Positions 55,473 to 64,000 of a stretch of 64,000 bases of DNA are shown here, in pieces. The DNA comes from Vulcanimicrobiota bacterium (GTDB lineage: Bacteria > Vulcanimicrobiota > Vulcanimicrobiia > Vulcanimicrobiales > Vulcanimicrobiaceae). Under the pieces are notes generated by a model. It had not been told where the DNA came from, did not search any database, and worked only from the letters and a program-made list of their open reading frames with translations. Positions within the stretch are counted from its first letter, which is position 1. Every line of letters starts with the position of its first letter. The DNA lies in contig CAWJMF010000002.1 in the NCBI GenBank assembly GCA_963843945.1, positions 1,657,399 through 1,721,398 of the forward strand. Reading direction: 5' to 3'. Position numbers and translations under genes: made by a program.

Positions 55473-57128
55473 ATGGATCAGACGTCGGCGTTTGTCACGG
55501 TCGTCATGGTCGCGTTGCTCACGGGCATCGTGACTTGGTTTTTCTTTCGCAGCAAAATCGAGGGCATGAATGCCCAGATCGTCGCTCGCGACGGCGAACT
55601 GACGCAGGCCCGGACCGCTCTCGCGCAAGCGACCGAGGCCGGGGCCGACCTCCAAACCCAGCTCGTCGCCGCCAAATCGGAGCAAGCCGGCCTAGCCGAA
55701 CGTCTGAAAGCCGAGCGCGAATCGTTCGAACGGGAACGCGCCTCGTTCGAGACCGCCAAGACCTCGCTCGTCGAAACGTTTCGCGCCGTCGGGGCGGAAG
55801 TTCTCGACAGCAACTCGGCCAAGCTTGCCGAGCTCGCCAAAGACGTCATGGAGCGCGAAAGCGCGCGCGAGAACGCCGAGACGAAAGATTCGAGCGAGTT
55901 CAAGGAACAGGCGCTCGCCGATCTCGTGGGCCCCGTGAAAGAACAGCTCGAGAAGTTACAGGCGGCGGTCGGCGAGATCGAGCGTAAACGCGAAGACGAA
56001 TACGGCGACGTCGCAAGTAAGCTCGAATCGCTCATCCGCAGCGAATCCGAACTGCAACGCGAGACATCGAATCTGTCGGTCAACACCGCGACGCTCATGC
56101 AGGCTCTCAAAGGTTCCGGCAGCCGCGGGCGGTGGGGCGAGTTCACGCTGCAACGCGTCGTCGAGATGGCCGGCATGACCGAGCACTGCGAGTACGACGT
56201 GCAACCGGCGCTGGCGGACCACGAGGACGGCAGCAACCGTCCCGACATGATCGTCCACCTGCCGGGCGAGAGCTTCGTCGTGATCGATGCCAAGGTTCCG
56301 TTGGCTGCCTACATCGCCGGCATGGAAGCGGGCGACGAAGTCACGCGCAACCTCAAGAGCAAGGAGCACGCGGGCAGCGTGCGCGCGCACGTCGACGCGC
56401 TGGCAAAACGCAGCTACGCGCGGACCGACCTCGGTTCGCCGGACTTCGTGATCATGTTCGTTCCCGGCGAGGGGATCCTCAGCGCCGCTTTCAACGAAGA
56501 TCCCGATCTTCTGGAATATGCGTATACGCGCAAAGTCATCTTCGCGACGCCGACGAATTTGATCGCGATGCTGCGCACGATTGCGCTTTCGTGGCAGCAC
56601 CGCACGCTCGAAGCCGACGCCGCGGAAATCGCGCGCGAGGGCGGCGAGCTGTACGAACGTCTCGCGCAAAGCGGCAAGTACATCGCCGAGTTGGGCAGCA
56701 GCCTCAACCGCACGGTGGCGTCCTACAACGACATGGTCGGCAATCTCGAGGGCCGCGTGATGATCTCCGGCCGGCGCCTGCACGATCGCGCGATTAGCCT
56801 CAAGCGCGGCGACGAGATCCCCGAAGCGCAGCCGATCGAAACGACGGCGCGGCCGCTGACCGCACCGGAATTTCTCTCGCTTACGGCCGAGCGCGACCCG
56901 GATGGGACCGCGGCGCTCGGCGGAGGCACGGGGAGCGATTCGAACGGCAGTCTCAGGCGCGACTCGAACGGTTCGGCCAACGGTGCGAGCCACGCGAACG
57001 GGAGCGCCAACGGGTTTTCGAACGGCTCGAGCGCGCGACCGCGCAGTGCGAACGGCAGCCGCCCGAACGGGCCGGCCACCATCGCCGTCTCCGCACTTCT
57101 CAACGTTCTCGGCCTGCTGCGCAAATAG
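55473..57128 (+). CDS. rmuC: DNA recombination protein RmuC with a C-terminal Asn/Gly/Ser low-complexity tail.
   Basis: N-terminal TM plus coiled-coil, and the RmuC core 'RPDMIVHLPGESFVVIDAKVPL...FVIMFVPGE'. Confidence 0.85.
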   Translation: MDQTSAFVTVVMVALLTGIVTWFFFRSKIEGMNAQIVARDGELTQARTALAQATEAGADLQTQLVAAKSEQAGLAERLKAERESFERERASFETAKTSLVETFRAVGAEVLDSNSAKLAELAKDVMERESARENAETKDSSEFKEQALADLVGPVKEQLEKLQAAVGEIERKREDEYGDVASKLESLIRSESELQRETSNLSVNTATLMQALKGSGSRGRWGEFTLQRVVEMAGMTEHCEYDVQPALADHEDGSNRPDMIVHLPGESFVVIDAKVPLAAYIAGMEAGDEVTRNLKSKEHAGSVRAHVDALAKRSYARTDLGSPDFVIMFVPGEGILSAAFNEDPDLLEYAYTRKVIFATPTNLIAMLRTIALSWQHRTLEADAAEIAREGGELYERLAQSGKYIAELGSSLNRTVASYNDMVGNLEGRVMISGRRLHDRAISLKRGDEIPEAQPIETTARPLTAPEFLSLTAERDPDGTAALGGGTGSDSNGSLRRDSNGSANGASHANGSANGFSNGSSARPRSANGSRPNGPATIAVSALLNVLGLLRK

Positions 57129-57208
57129 GCCCCGGCTCGCGCCGGAAGCACCGATTTACTTCGGCCTGAAGTAAAAAGGCCGCGGCGCGGCGTTGCGCTG
57201 CGGGCCTC

Positions 57209-57628
57209 GTGCCGTACAGTTACGCCATGACCTTTCTCAAAGCGTTCCTCTTGGCACTCGTCTTCGCGCTCCCCATGCTCTGGGCGGAAGCGCAGATGCG
57301 GGCGCCCGTAACCCTCACTTCCCAGCAGTTCGCCGGCGCTCCGGCGGGGCAACCCGTCAAGCTCGTCGTCCGCGTGGACGCCGTTCGCGGAACGACGCTG
57401 GACGCGGAAATTCTCGCGCGGCGAACGGACTCCGCATACGCGACGACCGGCGCGCACGTCGAGCTCGCCTACGGCGGCAGCGTGCCGATCGTCATGGGCG
57501 CGCCTTCCGACATCGCGCCCGGCGCGGTGCTGTTCGTCGACGCGATTGCGACCTCGACCGGTCGCGCGCGAGCTTCGCGCTTCGTCGTCGTGACGCGCTA
57601 CGTCCGGGTCGCCCGAGCGAAAGGGTGA
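57209..57628 (+). CDS. Hypothetical secreted protein.
   Basis: Signal peptide 'MTFLKAFLLALVFALPMLWAEAQ'. GTG at 57209, or ATG at 57227. Confidence 0.45.
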   Translation: MPYSYAMTFLKAFLLALVFALPMLWAEAQMRAPVTLTSQQFAGAPAGQPVKLVVRVDAVRGTTLDAEILARRTDSAYATTGAHVELAYGGSVPIVMGAPSDIAPGAVLFVDAIATSTGRARASRFVVVTRYVRVARAKG

Positions 57629-58002
57629 ACGATTTCGGCATCCTCAGCGGCTGGGCGGCGCTTGCCGCCGTCGCCGCTGCGGCTTTGGCCGGGCGCCTGC
57701 TGCAACGGCGCAAAGGCCGTCCGCGGCGCTACGTGCTGGGAATTCACGCGGCGCTCGCGGCCGGGTTGCTCGTTTTGACGGTCGCGCACCTCTCGACCAG
57801 TGCATCGGCGATGGGGAGCGCCGACCCGACCGGCATCTGGCTCGCGACCGGGGCACTCGCTGCAATCCTCACGCAAATCGTGCTCGGGTTGACACTGCTC
57901 GGAGCGAAGCCCGTTTCCCGCGTGTCGTTCCTCGCGCATCGCGTTACGTTCGGCCTTATCGCGACGCTCGCGCTCTTCCACGTGGTGCTCGACAAGCGCT
58001 AA
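57625..58002 (+). CDS. Hypothetical membrane protein (3 TM). GTG start overlaps the upstream stop (GTGA).
   Basis: 'ILSGWAALAAVAAAALAG', 'LGIHAALAAGLLVLTVAHL' and 'TFGLIATLALFHVVL'. The track ORF 57193..58002 5' part is an off-frame shadow. Confidence 0.45.
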   Translation: MNDFGILSGWAALAAVAAAALAGRLLQRRKGRPRRYVLGIHAALAAGLLVLTVAHLSTSASAMGSADPTGIWLATGALAAILTQIVLGLTLLGAKPVSRVSFLAHRVTFGLIATLALFHVVLDKR

Positions 58003-58020
58003 GCCTCACGCGGACCTCGC

Positions 58021-58617
58021 CTAGAGCCTGCGCTTCTCGTCGACGATCGGACCGTCGTCGAGTTCCCACGACGGCGACCATTTGACGTCGTCGAGCCGCG
58101 CGAGCGCTTCACGCAGAAAACGCTGCTCGGCGCGCGCCCGATTGAACGAGTGACTGTGCGCGATGAAGGCCGAGCCGCCGCGCGACTCGATGTCGCCGAG
58201 CAGCCGGCCGAGCCGGCGCTCGTGTTCGACGAAGCGCGCGTGCCGCTCCGCGAGAAGTTCGGCGGCAACCCTGCGCGCCAGCTGCCCGAGCAGCACGTAG
58301 GCAACCTGGAGCGCCGCATCGCCGGCCTGCACGTCGAGCAGCGTCTCCCGTAAGAGGCTCCGGAAGCGCCGTTCGCCGGCCGCCGAGAGGCGATAGACGG
58401 ACTTCGTGCGGCTCGGCCCGCGCGCCGCCTTCGCCTTGCGTTCGACGACCAGCCCCTCGAGCGCGAGCCGATCGAGGGCGTAATAGACGTTACCGCTCTT
58501 GAGCGGCCGGTACAGCGGCGAGTGGCCGTGAACGGCGCGATCGACGTGGTACGCCGACATCGGCGCGCGCCGCAAGATTCCGAGGATGAGGAGTTCGCGC
58601 GTCGCATCGGCGGCCAT
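58021..58617 (-). CDS. PadR-family transcriptional regulator. ATG at 58617.
   Basis: 'ILGILRRAPMSAYHVDRAV...YRPLKSGNVYYALDRLALEGLV' winged HTH. The track ORF 58021..59694 upstream part is an antisense shadow of the GT4 gene. Confidence 0.8.
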   Translation of the reverse strand: MAADATRELLILGILRRAPMSAYHVDRAVHGHSPLYRPLKSGNVYYALDRLALEGLVVERKAKAARGPSRTKSVYRLSAAGERRFRSLLRETLLDVQAGDAALQVAYVLLGQLARRVAAELLAERHARFVEHERRLGRLLGDIESRGGSAFIAHSHSFNRARAEQRFLREALARLDDVKWSPSWELDDGPIVDEKRRL

Positions 58618-58641
58618 ACCGGCATGATAACACCGGCATGA
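58618..58641. promoter_or_regulatory. Direct repeat 'accggcatga'-taac-'accggcatga' abutting the PadR start codon, in the divergent PadR/GT4 promoter region.
   Basis: Seen directly: 2 x 10 bp perfect repeat with a 4-bp spacer, immediately 5' of the PadR ATG (58617) and 30 nt from the GT4 GTG (58672). Confidence 0.3.
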
Positions 58642-58671
58642 GCTTCGCGCCGCGCTCGGAATACTCGGGCT

Positions 58672-59841
58672 GTGATCGATGCGGATCTGCGCGGGCTGCG
58701 CGTCGCTTTGCTCGGGTCCATCGCCTTCCCGACGCCGCCCCCAGGCTATGGGCCGTGGGAACAAATGGCGAGCAACCTCGCGGAGGGCATGAGCGCGCGC
58801 GGACTCGACGTCACGCTGTTCGCAACGGGTAACTCGCGAACGCGCGCGCGCTTGGCAGCCGTCGTCCCCGTAGGGCTCAGCGAGGATCCCGCTCAAAACG
58901 GCGAAGTCGCGAGCGCGCTGCACGTCGCGAACCTCTTCGAGCGCGCCGGCGAATTCGACCTGATCCACAACAACTTCGACTGGAAGCCGCTGACCTATGC
59001 GCTGGCCGCGCAAAAGCCGCCGCTGCTGACGACCGTCCACGGCTTTTCGAGTCCGCCGATCCTCGCGGCGTACTATGCGGCGGCGGGGCGGAGCTTCTAT
59101 TGCTCGATCAGCGACGCCGATCGCGATCCCGGCCTCGACTACTTGGCGACGACGTACAACGGTATCGATCCGAACGAGTTCAGCTTCGTCGAGCGGCCCG
59201 GCGACTATCTCGTTTTCCTCGGGAGGTTTCACCCCGAAAAGGGTGCGCATCTCGCAATCGAGATCGCGCGCCGCGCCGGCATCCGCTTGAAGATCGCCGG
59301 GATCCCGCAAGACGTCGAGTATTTCAGAACGCAGGTCGAGCCCCACATCGACGGCGACCGCGTGCAGTTTCTCGGTCCGATCGAGCGTGCGGCCCGCAAC
59401 GAGCTGCTGGGCGGCGCACTGGCGCTGGTGCATATGGTGACGCGACCGGAGCGCTTCGGTCTCACCCTCATCGAGGCGATGGCGTGCGGAACGCCGGTGC
59501 TCGCTGCCAACCTCGGATCGGTTCCCGAAATCGTCGTCGACGGCGTTACCGGCTTCGTCTGCGACTCGATCGATACGGCAGCGGCGCGCGTCCCGCAGCT
59601 CGCGTCGCTTTCGCGCCGTGCCTGCCGCGAACGCGTCGCGTCGACCTTCTCGGTCGAGCGGATGGTCGAGCGATACCTCGATGCCTACCGCCAAGCGCTA
59701 CGGCTGGGAAGTCCGCCGCCGCCGAGCGCCGAGCGGCTCGCGGCGCGCGCACACGATTGGTGGGATCGTCCGATGGCATTTACCGAAATGCCGCCCAAGC
59801 CGCGTTTCCCGCTCGCGCTGCCCGATACGCCGCGAGGCTGA
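58672..59841 (+). CDS. GT4-family (group 1) glycosyltransferase.
   Basis: 'GRFHPEKGAHLAIEIA' and the 'E...E' motif 'TRPERFGLTLIEAMACGTPVLAANLGSVPEIV'. Confidence 0.85.
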   Translation: MIDADLRGLRVALLGSIAFPTPPPGYGPWEQMASNLAEGMSARGLDVTLFATGNSRTRARLAAVVPVGLSEDPAQNGEVASALHVANLFERAGEFDLIHNNFDWKPLTYALAAQKPPLLTTVHGFSSPPILAAYYAAAGRSFYCSISDADRDPGLDYLATTYNGIDPNEFSFVERPGDYLVFLGRFHPEKGAHLAIEIARRAGIRLKIAGIPQDVEYFRTQVEPHIDGDRVQFLGPIERAARNELLGGALALVHMVTRPERFGLTLIEAMACGTPVLAANLGSVPEIVVDGVTGFVCDSIDTAAARVPQLASLSRRACRERVASTFSVERMVERYLDAYRQALRLGSPPPPSAERLAARAHDWWDRPMAFTEMPPKPRFPLALPDTPRG

Positions 59842-59869
59842 GACCCAAAGCGAAGCGAAAGCCCCTCCC

Positions 59870-60955
<1,086 letters not shown>

Positions 60956-60961
60956 GGGGGC

Positions 60962-61834
60962 TCAGCCCTTGACCGCGCCGGCCGTGAGGCCGCTGACGAA
61001 CTGGTCGACGAAGAACGAATAGAGCAGCGCGACAGGCACCGAGCCGAGTAAAGCGCCGGCCATCAGCTCGCCCCAAAAGAAAACGTCGCCGCGCACCAGC
61101 TCCGAGGGTACGCCGATCGGAATCGTTTTCATCGCGCCGTCGCTTATGAAGACTAGCGCGTAGATGTACTCATTCCAGCTGAGCGTGAAGGCAAAGATCC
61201 CGGCGCTGAGCACGCCGGGAATCGCGAGCGGCAAAATCAGACGGAACATCGCCTGCAGGCGGCTGCAGCCGTCGACGAGTCCCGACTCCTCGAGTTCGCG
61301 CGGGATGCTCTTGAAATAGCCCATCAGCATCCAGGTGCAGAACGGAATGAGGAAGGTCGGATAGACGAGGATCAGCCCGAGCAGCGAGCCGAGCAGGTGG
61401 AATTTCACGACGACCGCGGTCAACGGCAGAAAAAGCAGCGTCTGCGGGACGAGGTAGGTCACGAAGAACGTCCAGCCGAGGACGCCCGCGCCGCGGTAGC
61501 GGAGGCGCGCCAGCGAGTAGCCCGCGAGAATCGAGCACGCCAGCGAGATCGCGGTGCTCGCCGTCGCGACGATCGTCGAGTTCACGAGCCATTGCAAAAA
61601 ATGCGTCTGGGTGAAGAGAAAGGCGAAGTGGGCGAAGGTGATGCCGTGCCACGCGAACGGATTGCCTTGCGCGTTGTAGAGATCTTTATCCGGCTTGAGC
61701 GCCGAGACCAGCATCCAGTAGAACGGAAAGAGCGTGAAGACCAGTGCCACGAGCACGCTCGCGACCGCGATCGCTTTCCGGCCCGTCCTTACTCCCGGTG
61801 AAGCAACCACAAGATCACTCCGATCGAAACGCAC
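60962..61834 (-). CDS. Carbohydrate ABC transporter permease (MalG/UgpE-like).
   Basis: 6 TM with the EAA loop 'SIPRELEESGLVDGCSRLQAMFRLILPLA'. Confidence 0.85.
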   Translation of the reverse strand: MRFDRSDLVVASPGVRTGRKAIAVASVLVALVFTLFPFYWMLVSALKPDKDLYNAQGNPFAWHGITFAHFAFLFTQTHFLQWLVNSTIVATASTAISLACSILAGYSLARLRYRGAGVLGWTFFVTYLVPQTLLFLPLTAVVVKFHLLGSLLGLILVYPTFLIPFCTWMLMGYFKSIPRELEESGLVDGCSRLQAMFRLILPLAIPGVLSAGIFAFTLSWNEYIYALVFISDGAMKTIPIGVPSELVRGDVFFWGELMAGALLGSVPVALLYSFFVDQFVSGLTAGAVKG

Positions 61835-62607
61835 AGAACCGGGAACATGAAGAGCGAGATCGCCGCGCCGATGCCGATGTCGGTGCCCTGGATGCCGACG
61901 ACGTACGCGTAGGTGCTAAGCACCTGCGTCTGGTTGACCGGACCGCCCTTGGTCAAGATCCAGATCACCTGGAAATCGGCGAAGGTCATGATGATCGAGA
62001 GCAGCGTCGTGATGAGGATGACGGGACGGATCGTCGGAACCGTCACGTGCAGCCAACGGCGCCACGGGCCTGCGCCGTCGACGACGGCGGCCTCGTACAG
62101 TTCGGCCGGAACCATCTGCATCGCTGCCAGCAGCGAGACGCCGAAAAACGGGGTGCCGCGCCAGATGTTCACCGTCATCAGCGAGACCATCGGCCAAGGA
62201 AACTCGCCGAGCCAATCGGGGCCGGTAACGTGGATCCACGCCAGCATCCGGTTGAAAACGCTGAACGTCGAATCGAACATCCAGAGCCAGGCGAGCGTCG
62301 AGAGCACCGTCGGGATGATCCAGGGCAGCAGCATCGCAGCCCGGGTGAAGCGGTTGAACCTGAAATCGATGTGGAGCACGGCCGCGAGCGCCAGCCCGAG
62401 GGTCAGCTTGAAGAAGACCGTCACGAAGGTGTAGGCCATCGTGTTGCCCAGCGCTTGCGTGAAGATCGGATCGCGCAGGATGTACGCGAAGTTGGCCAGT
62501 CCGATGAAGTGGCCGAGGTGACCGATCGTCGAGTCGGTCAGCGCGAGCCAGAGCCCGAACGCGAACGGATAGGCGACGAAAACGATGAGGATCGCCAGCG
62601 CGGGCAA
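61789..62607 (-). CDS. Carbohydrate ABC transporter permease (MalF/UgpA-like). A possible frameshifted N-terminus continues in another frame up to about 62704.
   Basis: EAA loop 'AELYEAAVVDGAGPWRRWLHVTVP'. Starts with TTG directly in TM1. The adjacent frame 62608..62704 encodes a typical permease N-terminus 'MAATAESSLKPTREFALGRLLNREAPLGYALLL'. Confidence 0.75.
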   Translation of the reverse strand: MPALAILIVFVAYPFAFGLWLALTDSTIGHLGHFIGLANFAYILRDPIFTQALGNTMAYTFVTVFFKLTLGLALAAVLHIDFRFNRFTRAAMLLPWIIPTVLSTLAWLWMFDSTFSVFNRMLAWIHVTGPDWLGEFPWPMVSLMTVNIWRGTPFFGVSLLAAMQMVPAELYEAAVVDGAGPWRRWLHVTVPTIRPVILITTLLSIIMTFADFQVIWILTKGGPVNQTQVLSTYAYVVGIQGTDIGIGAAISLFMFPVLCVSIGVILWLLHRE

Positions 62608-62821
62608 GCAGCAGGGCGTAACCGAGCGGCGCCTCGCGATTCAGCAGGCGCCCAAGCGCGAATTCGCGCGTCGGCTTGAGCGAACTCTCGGCGGTTGCGG
62701 CCAATGCCGGCCTTTCGTCGTGCGATAAAGCTGCGCCGTCGCCTTGCGGCGTGCGGGAGAAACTTTCCTCCCGTTCTAAACTACTGACCGGAAAAGGTCA
62801 CTCGACGTTATGCAACGGGTT

Positions 62822-64000
62822 GCGGGAGCGTATGGAGCTTCGTAGTTCGCATTGGTTTGCGGGAGCCGGGAGTCGCGAGTCCTGGCCGCACCGCAGCTTC
62901 ATGAACAAGGCGGGCTATCCGCCCGACGAGTTGCACGGCAAGCCCATCATCGGGATCTGTAACTCGTGGTCGGAGCTGACGCCCTGCAACCTGCACTTGC
63001 GCGCCCTGGCGCAGTCGGTGAAAAACGGTATCATCGAAGCGGGTGGATTGCCCGTCGAGTTCCCGACGATTTCGCTCGGCGAGACGTTGATGCGTCCGAC
63101 CACGATGTTCTATCGCAACCTCATGAGCATGGACGTCGAGGAGAGCATCCGGGGCAATCCGATTGACGGCGTCGTGCTCCTCTCGGGCTGCGACAAGACG
63201 ACGCCGGCCCAACTGATGGGCGCGGCAAGCGTCGACTTGCCGGCGATCATGGTAACCGGCGGTCCGATGCTCAACGCAACCTTCCGCGGGGAGCAAGTCG
63301 GCTCGGGTACCGACCTCTGGCGTTACACCGACGAAGTCAAAGCCGGACGCATGAGCCCCGAGGAATTCGAAGATCTCGAGCTGGCGATGACGCGCAGCAC
63401 CGGGCACTGCATGTCGATGGGGACGGCCTCGACCATGGCCTCGCTGGCCGAAGCGCTGGGGATGACGCTGCCGGCCAACGCGGCGATTCCCGCCGTCGAC
63501 TCGCGCCGCTATGCGCTCGCGCAGCGCAGCGGCCGGCGCATCGTCGACATGGTGCGCGAGGATCTCCGGCCGTCAAAGATCTTGACGCGCGCGGCCTTCG
63601 AAAACGCGATCCGGGTCAACGTCGCGATCGGCGGCTCGACCAACGCCGTCGTGCATTTGTTGGCCCTAGCCGGCCGGGCCGGCGTCGCGCTCGAACTCGA
63701 CGACTTCGATCGGCTCGGCCGCGGCATCCCGTTGCTCGTCAACCTCAAGCCGTCGGGCCAATACCTGATGGAAGAGTTCTTCAATGCGGGCGGCGTGCCC
63801 GCGGTGATGGCCGAGCTCGGCGAACTGCTACACCGCGACGCGCTCACGGCTACCGGCAAGAGCGCCGGCGAAAACGTTGCGGCCGCGAAGTCGCACGACC
63901 GCAGCGTGATCGGCACGATGGCGCAACCCGTCAAGACCGACGCGAGCATCGCGGTGCTGCGCGGGAACTTGGCCCCGGGCGGCGCGGTGATCAAGCCCTC
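62822..64000 (+). CDS. IlvD/EDD-family dehydratase (sugar-acid dehydratase-like), partial. The C-terminus lies beyond the window end.
   Basis: Hand translation from ATG 62822: 'MELRSSHWFAGAGSRESWPHRSFMNKAGYPPDELHGKPIIGICNSWSELTPCNLHLRAL...CDKTTPAQLMG...MTRSTGHCMSMGTAST'. Contains the [Fe-S] cysteine motif C-x-C and 'CDK'. Not in the track because it runs off the edge. Confidence 0.85.

Overview
This is a high-GC (about 68%), gene-dense chromosomal segment from an unidentified bacterium that is probably diderm, given the outer-membrane-type proteins present. I can support about 65 CDS. I found no rRNA, tRNA, CRISPR array, integrase or transposase.

The six-frame ORF track is misleading in two ways. 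Many long Arg/Pro/Ala-rich ORFs are antisense or off-frame shadows of real genes. Many real genes start at GTG or TTG, often with 4-nt start/stop overlaps (GTGA or ATGA), so several track ORFs are over-extended at the N-terminus or fuse two genes. Genes running off the window edges are absent from the track: a GPH-type symporter at the 5' end and an IlvD/EDD dehydratase at the 3' end.

Gene content, in order:
- A secreted-hydrolase neighbourhood: S53 sedolisin, a beta-rich secreted protein and a Tat-secreted LamG-like protein, plus glutathione peroxidase.
- A PaaK-like ligase / CoA-transferase / methyltransferase cassette.
- A CbbX-like AAA+ ATPase, a PanE-like reductase, dut, nrdR, a hidden DUF5679 mini-protein, dprA, rlmH and argS.
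- An AI-2E transporter, GNAT and hisC.
- A pyrK-pyrD-pyrF-pyrE operon.
- An ECF sigma / anti-sigma / OmpR response regulator / histidine kinase / DUF4097 module, next to a DUF5916 outer-membrane protein.
- SPFH, korAB, GNAT, MBL, and a PHA-granule module (PhaB-like SDR, phasin, PhaQ-like PadR, PhaJ).
- A DUF1501/DUF1800 pair.
- A leucine-catabolism cluster (mccB ... liuC-mccA-HMG-CoA lyase) interrupted by a 5-kb block of transporters, a lipoprotein and a Mo-enzyme/cytochrome b pair.
- An aminotransferase, methyltransferase, amidohydrolase and rmuC.
- PadR, a GT4 glycosyltransferase, and a sugar ABC transporter (ATPase plus two permeases, one possibly frameshifted).

The points I would look at first are a 33-bp inverted duplication with nested hairpins at the argS/AI-2E junction, an AT-rich island carrying a strongly signalled 47-codon ORF, the PHA module, the ECF/two-component/DUF4097 module, and the unassigned CoA-ligase cassette. 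I found no single element that I could call a new multi-gene system. All manually derived coordinates (hairpins, repeats, alternative starts) are approximate to within about 2 nt, because they come from hand counting.
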